DNA of 64,000 nucleotides from Lama glama (lineage: Eukaryota), in NCBI GenBank assembly GCA_028534125.1, contig CM052816.1, positions 3,722,001 through 3,786,000 of the forward strand. Reading direction: 5' to 3'. Shown here in pieces: positions 13,732 through 26,137 of this stretch. Numbering within the stretch: position 1 is the first letter of the stretch; each line of letters opens with the position of its first letter. Made by a program: the position numbers and the translations under genes. The notes beneath the pieces were generated by a model. That model was not told where the DNA came from, did no database searches, and worked only from the letters and a program-made list of their open reading frames with translations.

Positions 13732-15124
13732 CCATAGTTCATTTTTCACTCCCTCAGTTGTCCAGGTGACTGGACTGAGGTTTTGAACTCAAGATCAGTT
13801 GCCAGGCTGGACCACCAGAGTTAGAGTTGTCTTCTGTTTATCTCCCTCCAACAGCTTCTCCTGCTTTTCTTAACTTCATCCAATGACATCCTTCAAGGGC
13901 TAACTCAAATCTCCACTTCTCAACAAAGTCCTCTCCATGGAATTCCTGGGGCCCCAGTGCCCTGGGTACTTTGAAGGTGCCCAGCCCTGCACTTGAGCTT
14001 CTCTGGCACATTTCTCACGTCTTAAGCTCCCAAAGAAAGGCAGAGTGTGCCTTATAAATACAAGGCCCTGGCACCTTCCCTTGCTCCACTAGAAACCTTT
14101 GATTAGGATTTGCTAAGGAGAGACAAATTTTCAGAGTCCTGGGAGGAAGATTAGGCCTAGGGAACTTGTCCACGCAAGGATGCCCTCATTAAACATACAC
14201 TGAAGCACTCGAGTCTGAACACTCCCCAATAACCAGTCAGCTAGACAGATAAGAAGTCAAGAGGGAAAGTCATTTTCCTTGGCAGCTGCGATCCATTTAG
14301 CAGCCAGAGGAGAAAAGCACACTGCCTTCCTCCAGAGCTCCTAAGCACCCTGCATATTGATTTCGTATCAGTTCTCTCCTTTGTTTGCTTAAATGCAAGC
14401 TCTTCCACAAGCCTGTGATACAAGGCAAGTACTTGAAATGTGCTTTGACCTCTGATCAGCTCCCATCAAGCAACTCAGCAGGAAGAAATGCACCGTGTTC
14501 AGAGCTCCTCGCCCATGTACTGCAAGTCTTGTTCAGCAGGCTGCAGGACTTTCTTTTCGGACTGTCTTCTTGAATTAAACCACCAACCATAGACCTCATG
14601 GATCCATCTGGTCCCATGATTAGCTGATTTGTCCAGCTTATCCCCCGCCCCCAGCCCCGCAGGCTGATCTTCCTCAACGCACCCTGTAAATCACAAATCA
14701 GGTCTTGTCACTCCCCAGTCTGAAGCCCTTCAGGGTCTCCTCACTACTCTGAAGTCTATCCCTTAATATGATACACAGTGCTCACTAGAATAGCGTGGTT
14801 TTATAATAGATGCGTACACATGCACATCTCCATAATGATCTGGGTATTTGTAACATTTATAATTTGTATTAACATTTAAATGGGTATACCCATAACATAT
14901 ACATACATATATATGACAGACATAACAAATACATATACCATACAAATATATGAAACATGATATTAGGAATGTACACGTGTTATTTGTAGCCACATGTATG
15001 TGATATACATTAAACGCATAGGCTCTTTATACTAAAATACTGAATTGCACATTTAAATGGGTGAACTATATGATAATGTGAATCACAACTCAACAAAGAT
15101 GTTAGAAAAAATAAAAAGAATACA

Positions 15125-15350
15125 TGCTCTCGAGTCTGATTATCTGGATTTGCAGCTTCCTCCTGCCATTTAACTTGCTACACAGCCTCGGGGAACTCAC
15201 CTCTCTATTTGTCAGTTTGCTCATATGTAAGATGAGAATAATATAACTTATCGCAGATGGCTGTTGTGAGAATCGAGTAAACAGACTGAGATTTGAACAG
15301 TACTTGGCACAAAGTAAGCAGTCACTCTAATACACGTTAGCCATTACAGT
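15125..15350 (+). mobile_element. MIR SINE
   Basis: cagtttgctcatatgtaagatgagaataata...gttgtgagaat...aacagtacttggcacaaagtaagca. Confidence 0.7.
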
Positions 15351-15379
15351 TATAGTCTGTTTTCTTTTTACATCTGGGC

Positions 15380-15790
15380 ACTCTGCTCCTTGACCTTGAC
15401 CTCTGCCCTCCGGCTGTGATGGACTTTATAGCTTTTCCCGAAAAGTCATGCTTCCCCAAGATATCACAGCTGCTGCTCCAACCCTTGGCCCCTCTGACTC
15501 CCTTTTCCTTGACTAATTCTTATTTACCCTTCTAGTCTCAGCTTAATCACCACTTCCTCCAGGAAGACTTCCCTTACTTGCAGAATTAGATTAAAATCTT
15601 CTAGAGTTTGGTTTCTATAATCTGGTACTTCTCCCATGATAAGACATATCCTTCTATTGTAAACATCTAACACATCTTTCTTTCTTGCTTGGCTCTGGAT
15701 TCCAGAAAGGCAGCGGCCCCGGTTGTCCCTCTGGTCACCGCAGCACTTGGACAGAGTAAGCACTTAATTAATACTTGCTGAACGTGAGTG
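15380..15790 (+). mobile_element. L2 3' end
   Basis: tctcagcttaatcaccacttcctccaggaagacttccct and the terminal cagcacttggacagagtaagcacttaattaatacttgctgaacgtgagtgaa. Confidence 0.6.
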
Positions 15791-18700
15791 AATTTCTTTC
15801 TGTACTTCTGTAATTTCTGGAGTGAGAACTGCCTGCCCTCTGGCTCAGCTCCTGCGAAGAACCTTCCCATTGATGTCACTTCCTTTCTTTTTTGACCTAG
15901 GAAAGCTCTCGCATCATAAATCACTTCTCGGTGTCCAATTCCACTTGACTTTCCTCTTTGGCTTACAGAATGAAAATCAGATCGAGCATTTCCATTAACA
16001 TCTCACCCACGTCCTGCATGGTACATTGCCAGAAGGAGAACAGCCCTGGGAGGCTCTCTAGCAGAACACTGAGATGCTGTCTTAACTCAGGCTTTCGGAG
16101 AAGTAAGCAATTCCTGTTTACTCTAATGACCATCTCTTCCCAAAAGATAAATCCAAATGTGCTTATGTGCTGGGGAAAAAACCAACAGCAGCAGCTCATC
16201 ACACTTCCTTAGTCACTCAGGGCCGCGCACGTGCTTCCGCAGCTCCCGCCGTCTGGGAGGCTGTGGCTCACTCCCCCTGCATCTGCTACGTCTGCCTCTG
16301 CCCCCATCCATCACACTTCCCCTCCATTTCTCCTCTCGAAGATTCTCCGGGCCACCTCCATGGTCCAGGTCTCCTACCCCGCCGTCTCCAGCACTCACCA
16401 GCTAGTCTTCTCAGCGCAAACTGCAGCCAAATGCTATCTTACACGCTCTTGTTTAACTCTCTAAAAACACACTTTGCAGCTGTTTAATATTTTCACTGGG
16501 CATGTGCTTCAACCTCCCTCCTAGACTACAACCTACTGGTGATCAAGGAACTTTTATGCTGCGTCCTCACATCCCTGCCCTGAACTTCGACTGGGGACAG
16601 CTGCACAATGCTGCTCAACAGGCATTTGTAGGAGTAACAGACATCAGTAGACTGGGTACTTATTCTGTGCTTAGCACCATGCCAGACTTTACCTGTATTA
16701 CGTGGGGTCCTCTTGTCACCTTCATCATATAGATAAGTAGCCTGAGGCTTTCAGAGATTTAGGATCTTGCCCACGGTTGTCCTATGAGAGCCGGGAGTGG
16801 AAGCCAGGTGGTCTGTCTACAGACCCCATACCCATTTAACCACACTGCTGCCCAACACTCCTGTCCTTGAAAGAAGATACTCAGGCATTTGCTTCTCTCC
16901 TGTGTCCTGAAGGGGTCTGAATTTTCTCTCCTCTCTCTCCCCTTGTTTCTTTTGTGTGGATTCACCCTCACCACCTTACCCACTATTCCTCGGCAAGACA
17001 GGGTGCAGAAGGAGTTAAGATGAGAACGGTACAAGACAAAAACCTACAGAAACAGGGGACGGGGAGCCTGAGGAGCCAAAGGAAGTATTTTTAGCCCTCT
17101 TTTCTCCCACTTAAGTAAGCAGAATTAAACTCAAGTCCCTCCAATAAAGGAGAATCAAGTTAATTTCCTTCCCTATTCTGCACACCGAGAGTTTCCTATT
17201 CACACTGTCATCTCATTAAATTCCTAGTGTCACCACGGAATACCCACATTCCCCTTGGCCTCTGCTGGGAAGAAAGGAGAAAAAAATCCAACTCAAGTGA
17301 CTTTGGCTTACGTAAGAATGTCCCAACAATGACTATAATTAATGGGAAAGGAGACAGTACCGCGGGAATCTATGGAAAGCCAGTGAAGATGGCTCGGGAG
17401 AAGTTTATCTCCCCGTTCAAAAATGCCCTGTTTCTGGCATTAACTGGCAAGGAAAAAAAAACTTTGAGGGTAAAACAAGCCAACAGATGCCTGAAAGCAC
17501 ATTAGCTGTCGCTTGATAGAGAAATTAAAGTTGCATCGGTTCCACAAACAAAGACAACAAACACAGCCCTCCCTCAGCCAGTGCTGGAATTGGTTCTCTT
17601 GAAAGCAGCCAAACAGTGAAGCTCATCAACTCTTTAATCAAACGAGAAGGCTGACAAATGTCCCCAGCTGCCTCTTCTCCTCCTCCCCCCAGCCCTGCCC
17701 AGGAGGGAGACAATGGCTCAGCAACTGGGGAGGGCTGCTAAGGCAGTGCTGCTGGGACAGCTGGGGACGTCTGCACAGAACGATTAATCCATCAGACTGA
17801 CACTAGATCACAGCCCCCTCCTGCCCAAGGGGAAAGTACGTGGGGCCCGGCAAACGCGTGCTCCTCTTGCATCAGGAAGCAACCCTGTGCCTGGGGGAAA
17901 GCTGAGCCACAGCAGCTCACGATGCCCGTGCCCAGGCGTGGACGCGTGCGTGAAGCGAGGCGCTGGAATCACCAAGGCTTTGGGGCTGGCTCTTTCTTCT
18001 GTTTTGGAGAACGATGAGAGTTAGGCTCCCAGGAGCATGTCGGATGAAACCCCATTATGATGCCTCTGCTGTTCAGCTGTGCTTTTTTCTCACTAGGTAG
18101 CTCTGGTTTATGAAGGCTGGGGCTGTTCACCTGAGACTCTTTTGTATTTGGCTTACTCGCTACATTATTTATGGGAAATGGATCTTTGTGATCTAATACA
18201 TTATTCCCGCATCCCTGTAAATAATACACCGACTTTGGAATGAGGTAGCAGAAGAACTCTATCACTGGTAGTTCTTTTTAAATAGTGGAGTCCCCAGCAG
18301 ATCACTGCAAAGGATCATGCAGGGCAGGAGGGCCCTGGCAAGTTGCAGGTTCCTCCAATTTGTAACCCAAATGCTACCACTAGGTAGGTAGGCTCTCCTC
18401 TCCCAAGGATCAACATCTGAATTATTCCATCGTCACCACTGCATAAGAGGAGGTGTATTCCACTTTTTACTAGAAACCTGTAGGCTCTCTCATGCTTCCT
18501 TCCACTCACTGATGAGACACTTCAGAAAGGAAGAGAGAGAAGAGAAAAAGTTGGAGGCAAAGAAAAAGGAAAGGGGAGAGGTTGTTTATTACACACATGG
18601 CCTAAGTGATCCAAGCAACAAGGCCAACATCACGTGGCTGGTAAGTATGGCAGAACCCAGTCATGCCACATTCTAAAGCCTCTGAGTTCCTTCTCATGAG

Positions 18701-19249
18701 GAAAGGCAGAGTGGATTAGGAAAAGCATAACAACATGGGGTGGAGCCCTCAAATTCTGAGGACGTGTCCAGGAAGGCACTCAGGGCCTCAGTAAACCAGC
18801 CCCGAGCCTCCATCAGAGAAACAAATGACCCGGGGGCCTGGGGGCTTGTCAGCGATGCTCTATTTCATGAGCTTCTCTATGTCCTTGCTCTGGGTTGCCC
18901 TCTGAGGCCACCTCCTCTCTGGATTCCATCTATTCAGTCTGTTGACTGGTTCTCTGATCCTTCTGCTCAACACGGCATCTCCTGTGGGCTTTTCAGGCTG
19001 GCATGTCCCCTGCGGCCTCTCCCTTAGAGAGGGGCCAAGCAGCAAGACCCAGTGCACCCAAAGTTCGACAATTCATCTTTGATCCTAAACCTGCTGTTGC
19101 TCCCACACATTTCTGTTCACGACGCCACCGATGTCTGTCTGACAAAGGCACACAGCACCAGAAACATCCCAACTTCCTTTCCTCTTGACTCTCCTCATCC
19201 GGTTTCATTAGCTCTCCTGCAGGATATCTTTCCCATTTGTTCTCTCTCT

Positions 19250-19407
19250 CTTTTTTTTTTCTTTGAAAGGCTTTTTTATTTCTATTTTGGGGGGAGGTAA
19301 TTAAGTTTTATTTATTTGTTTATTTTAATGGAGGTACTGGGGATTGAACCCAGGACCTTGTGCATGCTAAGCATGCACTCTACTACTTGAGCTATACCCT
19401 CCACACC
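19250..19407 (-). mobile_element. Camelid tRNA-derived SINE (Vic-1 type)
   Basis: Minus strand ggagggtatagctcaagtagtagagtgcatgcttagcatgcacaaggtcctgggttcaatccccagtacctcc carries Pol III A and B boxes, followed by an A-rich tail. TSD gttctctctct at 19239-19249 / 19408-19418. Confidence 0.88.
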
Positions 19408-19554
19408 GTTCTCTCTCTTTATCCTAGTTTAAGCTCTTATGAATCCTCAACAAAGGTATTACGATCATCTCAACTTAGGTGCCAATTCTCACTCTCCTCA
19501 TTTCTCTGTACCATCCAGATCAGTTATCCAACATTCCAGTGTTCAAAAATTTCA

Positions 19555-20190
19555 CTCCTTTCATGCAACAAATATTACTGAGCACCTACTATGTGCCAGG
19601 CACTATTCTAGACTCTGAAAAACTAAACTTCCTGTTGTCATAAAGTTTACATTCTAATGAAGAGGACAGGATGAAATGAAACACATATATACACACATAC
19701 TATGTCATGTTATGGTAATTGCTCTGCAGGAGAATAAAGCAGAGTGAAGGTACAGAGTAGGAAGCAACAAACTTTCCCTGTAAAATGCCAAATAATGAGT
19801 ATTTTAGGCTTCATGGGCCACATGATCTGTCTCAACTATGCAATTCAGCTTTTGTAGTGCAAAAGCAACCACAGACAAGACAAATGAGCTTGGCTGTGTT
19901 CCAGTACAACAGTATTTACCAAACCAAGCAGTGGTTGTGGCCTGATTTGAGCCACAGGACACACTTCACCAGCTGCTGGTATAGACACTGACAGCTGGAG
20001 CATGCTGTTTTTATAAGGTGGTCAAAGAAGACCTCTCTGATGAAGTTGACATTTAAGCCATAAAGGAATAGATCCTTTATGCATAGACTGGAGAGGATTC
20101 CAGGCAGAGGGAAGAGTCAGTACACGCTGGGGGGTGAAAACATGCTTGGTGATGAAGCAAAGAAGCTGGGGTATCTGAGGCTGAGCAAGC
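19555..20190 (-). mobile_element. L2 3' end, interrupted by MER58
   Basis: caacaaatattactgagcacctactatgtgccaggcactattctag and aaggtggtcaaagaagacctctctgatgaagttgacatttaagc. Confidence 0.7.
19760..19980. mobile_element. MER58A-like hAT MITE nested in L2
   Basis: caaactttccctgtaaaatgccaaataatgagtattttaggcttcatgggccaca...ggctgtgttccagta. Confidence 0.75.
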
Positions 20191-20344
20191 AAGGGGGCGA
20201 GAACTCCTGGAGTATCTTCCACTAACATCCTCCAGAATATCCAGGTTCCACTGTCGTGTGTACAGCACTCATGATGTTCCGTGAGCAGACCTTTGATTAT
20301 TATAATAAAAATACACTGAATATTTGCTATTTTTTCTTTACTGA

Positions 20345-20810
20345 GAACCCAGTCCCTCTCCTGGTAACACCATCTCAATTCTCCTTCTGAGAAATGACCC
20401 CTCTCTAACTCTCAGGATTTCTAACTACAGCTCCAGCAGTGGGGATATGAGCCACTATGAACCAGCATATTCCATCATTCTGTTACCACGGTCTTATTCA
20501 AGGATGGGCATATGGCCCAAGTCAGTCCAGTTACCGTGAAAATAAGGACTTTGCTGGATTTATATTAGCAAGGTAAGCACTCCTCCAGCTTACCAGCAGA
20601 GCTGAAGACAAAATGCAAGATTGAAAAACAGAGCTAAGAGATGGTAAGAGCAAGAGAGAGACTGAAATTTGGTCACATTATTTGAGTCACTGAATCTAGC
20701 CTCAAGCCTGCTACCAATGAACTTCTCTTTCACAGAAGGGAATAAACTTCCCCACCTCGGGCCCTGAGTTGCATTTAGGGCATTTACAACCAAATCAGTC
20801 CTGACTGATA
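20345..20810. mobile_element. Old MaLR/ERVL LTR remnant
   Basis: ttcaaggatgggcatatggcccaagtcagtcca...tttgagtcactgaatctagc...ttacaaccaaatcagtcctgactgata. Confidence 0.5.
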
Positions 20811-21799
20811 AACACGGCTGATTCCATTTGCCAAGAAAGCCCTTTCCCTATGTGTTTTTTTCTTCCCCTTCAATCCATACTCAAGACCTAGCACGAATAC
20901 TCTCTTCATTTAGGAAGTTTCCCGAATTCTCTCTGGAATAGCATCCCACCATGTATAGTTTCCACAGTCACTCTGTTTCTATCCTTCTAAGAAGCTTCTC
21001 TTCTGCTTGGGCTCTCAGATACTTACGTGTGCATTGTGGCCCCCTGAAAGAGAAGGCATGGAAACACTCTTCTCTGTGTCTCCGAGACTCCAGTTAACAG
21101 TGATTTGGAGACATCTTATATATAAAGGTCTATGTGTATGTATGTATATATATATAATACACACCTGTCCTTAGTGAATAAATACAACTAAGAACACCAT
21201 ACTTTTTACATTGTAATTATCAATTGCCACACTGCAGTCCAGAGTTTCATCAAAAACTAATTCCAGATGCTAAATGTATCATCTGATGTGGTCTTAAAAA
21301 AAAAAAAAGGCATCAGACCACATTGAAATTTCTATAAATCTTACACTAATTTAAATGACTTTAGATTTAATTAAAAAAGTTTTTCAATTGATAATAATGT
21401 AACTCAGCTAATTAGCATCAAGTGGCATCTAGAGGACGTATTTAAAAAACTAATCTAGAGTATAAATAGGCCTAATTAACAATTAGAATAACACTTTATA
21501 ATTATGCTTCGCTTATAAGTGCTATAATGTCCAATTCATTGTTCAGTGAAACTGGTCATTAATGAAGATCAAAATCATGTTTTCCCTGGTGTCTCCACAA
21601 AGATGCCTCTTAGATGCACTAGCTTTCACACTGCCTATTTTTTTGCTGCATTTTAAAGACCATTCCTGTCTGGTATTTCATACCTTTGTTCTGTAATTAA
21701 AGCTAAACTGTATCATGCCTCATCTTGCATCCTAATTTTATAACTTTTTGGTAACTGAATGAACAGGCCCAGCTATAAACTCAAATTCTCTTGTGTAAG

Positions 21800-22430
21800 A
21801 CCTAAATAGGTACCTTTGTAATATGGAAAAGCCAAGGCTGACACAGACATTGAGGCCCATATGAAGAAAGACAGGGTCTGGTACCTGAATGAAAGCAAGA
21901 CCTGGAAGACTGGGGGATGGTGGCCCCATGTGGAGATTTAAGGAAGTGGGTGCTGGAGAGGCGGGGAGTTTGATAGGGAGATGTAAGTTCATCTGTAGGT
22001 GATGAAGTCAAAGTGATGGGGAACATCCGTGCAGACAAGACCAGGGTCTTGGAAATTTGCAACTAGAAGTGAGAAGACAGTTTAAGGCAAATAGAGATGT
22101 GGGGGTCCCCTGAAAGGGGCAACTGCTGAAATTGGATGCAACTGTGGGATTTTCCATAGAAATAGGAAAAGAGAAAAATAAGGACTGAACCGCACAGAAG
22201 TCCACGTGTGACGGCAAGTGTGAATTGGCATCATTTAGCAGGAGAAAGAAGAGGGAGTGAAGGAAGCGGAGGAGCAGGCACACGTGTGGGGCAATGGTGG
22301 GAAGAGCAGTGTCTCTAGAAGCCAGGAAGCGGGGGAGCAGCCGGAGAACGGTTGCCCAGTTCTCATCCCCTCTCGGCGTGATGCAACCCAACAGGCTGTG
22401 GAGGTCGGGGAAGTTGAAAATGTCTGTGAC
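21800..22430 (-). mobile_element. L2 remnant
   Basis: Purine-rich: agcagtgtctctagaagccagg and aggtcggggaagttgaaaatgt. Confidence 0.5.
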
Positions 22431-22449
22431 AGAAGTCATCGTGCACCGT

Positions 22450-22690
22450 GGCTGAGACTGCCTGCATTCAGATCCTGACGCCGCCAGTTTCCCTCTGTGG
22501 AACTTAGGCAACTTCACATCGCCCTGTGCCCCCGTCTGCCCCTCTGTAAGTCAAGGCGATGAGCCACTGCCCTCTCTGTGTGGTGGTTGTGCGGCTTAAA
22601 TGCGTCTACTCCTGGCAAGGGATGAGTCTGGCGTCTTGCACAGAGCAAGCCCCACTCAATGCATGTTGGCTGTATTTACGCTGTAGCTGT
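22450..22690 (+). mobile_element. MIR SINE, unusually GC-shifted
   Basis: Collinear with the recalled MIR consensus (cttaggcaacttcac...ctctgtaag...gttgtgcggcttaaatgcg...gcacagagcaagc...caatgcatgttggctgtatt), but many A/T positions are G/C. Confidence 0.6.
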
Positions 22691-22779
22691 TTTGGAGCAA
22701 AGTGGTGAAAGCTGAGCCTGAACTCAACTGAGAGCTCCCAGCAAAGCTGTGGCAAAATGATTTAGCTGTGATTGTCTTA

Positions 22780-22965
22780 GGTTGGTATCTCGCCAAGTTT
22801 AGCATGCGTCAGAATCACCTGGAGGACTTGTTTAACCGCAGCCTGCTGGGCCCTGACCCTGAGTTTCTGATTCAGCAGGTCTGCGGTAGGGCGTGAGAAC
22901 ACGCGTGTCGAACAAGTAGACCTTAGCTGACGCTCCACATTGAAGAGTTACTTTGAGAAGCGCTG
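22780..22965. mobile_element. MER5A-like hAT MITE
   Basis: gtcagaatcacctggaggacttgttta...ctgggccctgaccctgagtttctgattcagcaggtctg...actttgagaagcgctg. Confidence 0.75.
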
Positions 22966-25327
22966 TCTTTGAGTAGAAGGAGATAGCCTACTATTTTGGG
23001 AAATAAACTCAGGCTTTCAATCCCTTCCTCATCCAAAGGCACCTTGAGAACATACACGTTAGTAGGATCAGCCCCTGACACGCGCCTGGGTGAAATGGGC
23101 CGTGTCGTGGTTCCCGTCTTGTAAAGGGGTTTCCTCTTCTGACCATAGCTGTGCCCAGGAAACCCACCAGTCCAAACTTAACGAGATATGAACACTCCTA
23201 CAAGTCCGAAGCCAATTTCTCTCTGGGTGCCTTCTTCTGGGAACACACGAGGGCTGTGTAAAATGTTAGGACTTGATGGGTTCCCCAAAGCCTGAGTGGG
23301 CCAACAAAACCCACTGCCAACACAACAATAGCATGTACTGAGTGCTGACCTGGTGCCACGTACCGTGCTGCTGTCAGTCTGCACATAACTGTACCGTCTA
23401 GTTCTCCCAGCATCGGTGAGAGTCGGGCACTCCTACACTATGCCACAGAGTAGAAGGAAGCCTAGACAGGAAAAGTGACATATCCCAAGGCACCGGCTGA
23501 CAAACGACAGGCATCAGGATTAAACCCACTCTGCTGGCCACCCAACCACACAGCTCTTTCCTGTTCTCTTTACCCCAGGAAAGATGTGCTCTCTTTAACC
23601 CTCACGAAAGGGCAGCAACTATCATCTGCCGACATGATTACCCCATACCTTTTCCAGGATAAGTGCTTCCAGACAGCTGGACCATTCCTTATGATGTATG
23701 ACTATGAGTCCTTTTGCCAGACTATTTAAGGTCCTTGGAGTGTATCCAAGGTAGTCACTGTCCTGAAAACTGAATAGGTGGGTGTGGCCATCCAGAGAAG
23801 AACCTAAACAACTGTCCTGAGCCCACGGGCTGATCTACTATATCCAAGAGGCATTATCCTCTTAGGGTTATTTTTATCTCCTACTGCTTATCTTACTCAA
23901 TGATCAACTCAAATAACTGATTTATTTACATAAGTTCTTATTATATTCATTCATTCTTACTCCCCTTTTTTATTCTGTCCCCCTCTCTTTGTTTCATACA
24001 GGCGGAAACTAAAGCTTCAAGAGAAAAACAGACATGGATAGGGTCACTCAGGTCCTAAATGTCTGAGCAAAGATTCAAACCCAGGTATGTTAGATTCCAC
24101 CACACAACACACGTCCACGTTCACTCCTCCCAACAACTTGCACAGTCTGACAACTCAAAAAGACAAACTTCTCATTAAGCTGAAAATGAAATTGCCTAAA
24201 CTTCCTGCTCCACACCATCTGGCTGGATCCCAGATGACAGGAAGCTCATTTCTGCAGCACACGAGGCTCATTTCACTGAGTAGGTTGCTATGAGACGTGC
24301 AGGGTGGTCATGTCCTAATCTTTTCAGCACTGGTCGCAGCCGTGGCGCTTATTATGATGCCTCACTTCTACATTTTTACACACAAAAAGCAAATGCTTCT
24401 GATGATGGAGAGACAGATGTTACCCTAAATCATTCTGCAAGGGAAACAACACAAGCAAAAATAGCCACCTGCTTTCAAGTGACGAAACTACGATACTCTT
24501 CCAACCCTCAGTCTACATCACAGAGGGATGGAGGTGGGGAAAGTTCTTAAATGAGACCATCATAGGGTTTTGTCCATTGAGATTAAATCACAGCGTTTTG
24601 GACGTCTCAAGTACTTGTATCTCTGCAAAGTCAGATGTTAAACCAGTGAGGTGACTCATGAAAACACCAGAGTCTAATGGGAAATGCCAAACACCATTTG
24701 TATAAAATGATCTTGGCATGAGATACCGTCACGTTCTCCCCTGGGCAATTATTTTAGAGCTGGTGTAGCAAAATACTCTCTAACAAAGGGAAAACCTCAA
24801 GTTGCTATGGCTTTTTTCCCCCCAAAAAACTTTGAACTAACCTGGAAAGTGCCAATTCTACAAATAACAGAGAAAAACATTCACTGTTAAGAGGTGGCAA
24901 GGGTCTGAGCGCCACGTTCGCGTGCAACCAGGTGCGCTGATGGCGGAGTCCGGAGACGAGGATTTGGGTTTCAGTCCTCCCAATTACTGGTGCCTGGTCT
25001 TAGCAAGTTTCTCCACCTTTTCAAGCCTTAGTTTACTTGTCTAAAACGGACAATTTTGAGGACGCAGCAATGTGCAACGCTTTAACTCAAAGCAGTCTGC
25101 ATTCAGATACCTGGCTGGGAATCCTGGCTCTCACCACTTAGCGCAGCTCACCCCTCCCTATAGCTCAGTTCTGTTGTCTGCAAAATGCGGATAAAAATGG
25201 TGCCTATGTCACAGGTGTTGGCGAGGTGTAGCTGTAATAATGCATACAGAGCATGGCACTGGAGTCATGGCAAGTGGTCACTGGACTAACTTTTTAAAAG
25301 ACTATTCACTGAAGAGCTTAAATTGGT

Positions 25328-25479
25328 ACAAGACTGTGAACTGACTATACTTCAATAAAAATATTTTAAAAATTGAAAATAAATTCTAATATGTATATAT
25401 ATGAATGAGTGAAAACATTATGTTGTACACCAGAAATTGACACAACACTGTAAACTAACTAGACTTCAATTAAAAAAGC
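25328..25479 (+). mobile_element. Two adjacent very short L1 3'-tail insertions
   Basis: Two copies of the terminal motif actgt(g/a)aact(g/a)acta(t/g)acttcaat followed by an A run. The second has TSD ataaattctaa at 25379-25389 / 25480-25490. Confidence 0.72.
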
Positions 25480-25637
25480 ATAAATTCTAAGAAGCCTCCC
25501 AGTGACAGACAGAGGGAAAGGAGGAAGCTATTCAGCTGTTCAGCTAAGACTCCAGTCTCTGACCTCTGTGCCTCAAAAATCCCCATCCACAATCCAGAGC
25601 AGTCTCGGTCTTCTATATATTTTATTTATTGGGGGGG

Positions 25638-26137
25638 NNNNNNNNNNNNNNNNNNNNNNNNNNNNNNNNNNNNNNNNNNNNNNNNNNNNNNNNNNNNNNN
25701 NNNNNNNNNNNNNNNNNNNNNNNNNNNNNNNNNNNNNNNNNNNNNNNNNNNNNNNNNNNNNNNNNNNNNNNNNNNNNNNNNNNNNNNNNNNNNNNNNNNN
25801 NNNNNNNNNNNNNNNNNNNNNNNNNNNNNNNNNNNNNNNNNNNNNNNNNNNNNNNNNNNNNNNNNNNNNNNNNNNNNNNNNNNNNNNNNNNNNNNNNNNN
25901 NNNNNNNNNNNNNNNNNNNNNNNNNNNNNNNNNNNNNNNNNNNNNNNNNNNNNNNNNNNNNNNNNNNNNNNNNNNNNNNNNNNNNNNNNNNNNNNNNNNN
26001 NNNNNNNNNNNNNNNNNNNNNNNNNNNNNNNNNNNNNNNNNNNNNNNNNNNNNNNNNNNNNNNNNNNNNNNNNNNNNNNNNNNNNNNNNNNNNNNNNNNN
26101 NNNNNNNNNNNNNNNNNNNNNNNNNNNNNNNNNNNNN
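25638..26137. other. Assembly gap (500 N)
   Basis: Run of exactly 500 N. Confidence 0.99.

Noticed and set aside
19330..19405. tRNA gene
   Set aside because: The tRNA-like head is followed by an A-rich tail and flanked by a TSD, so it is a SINE.
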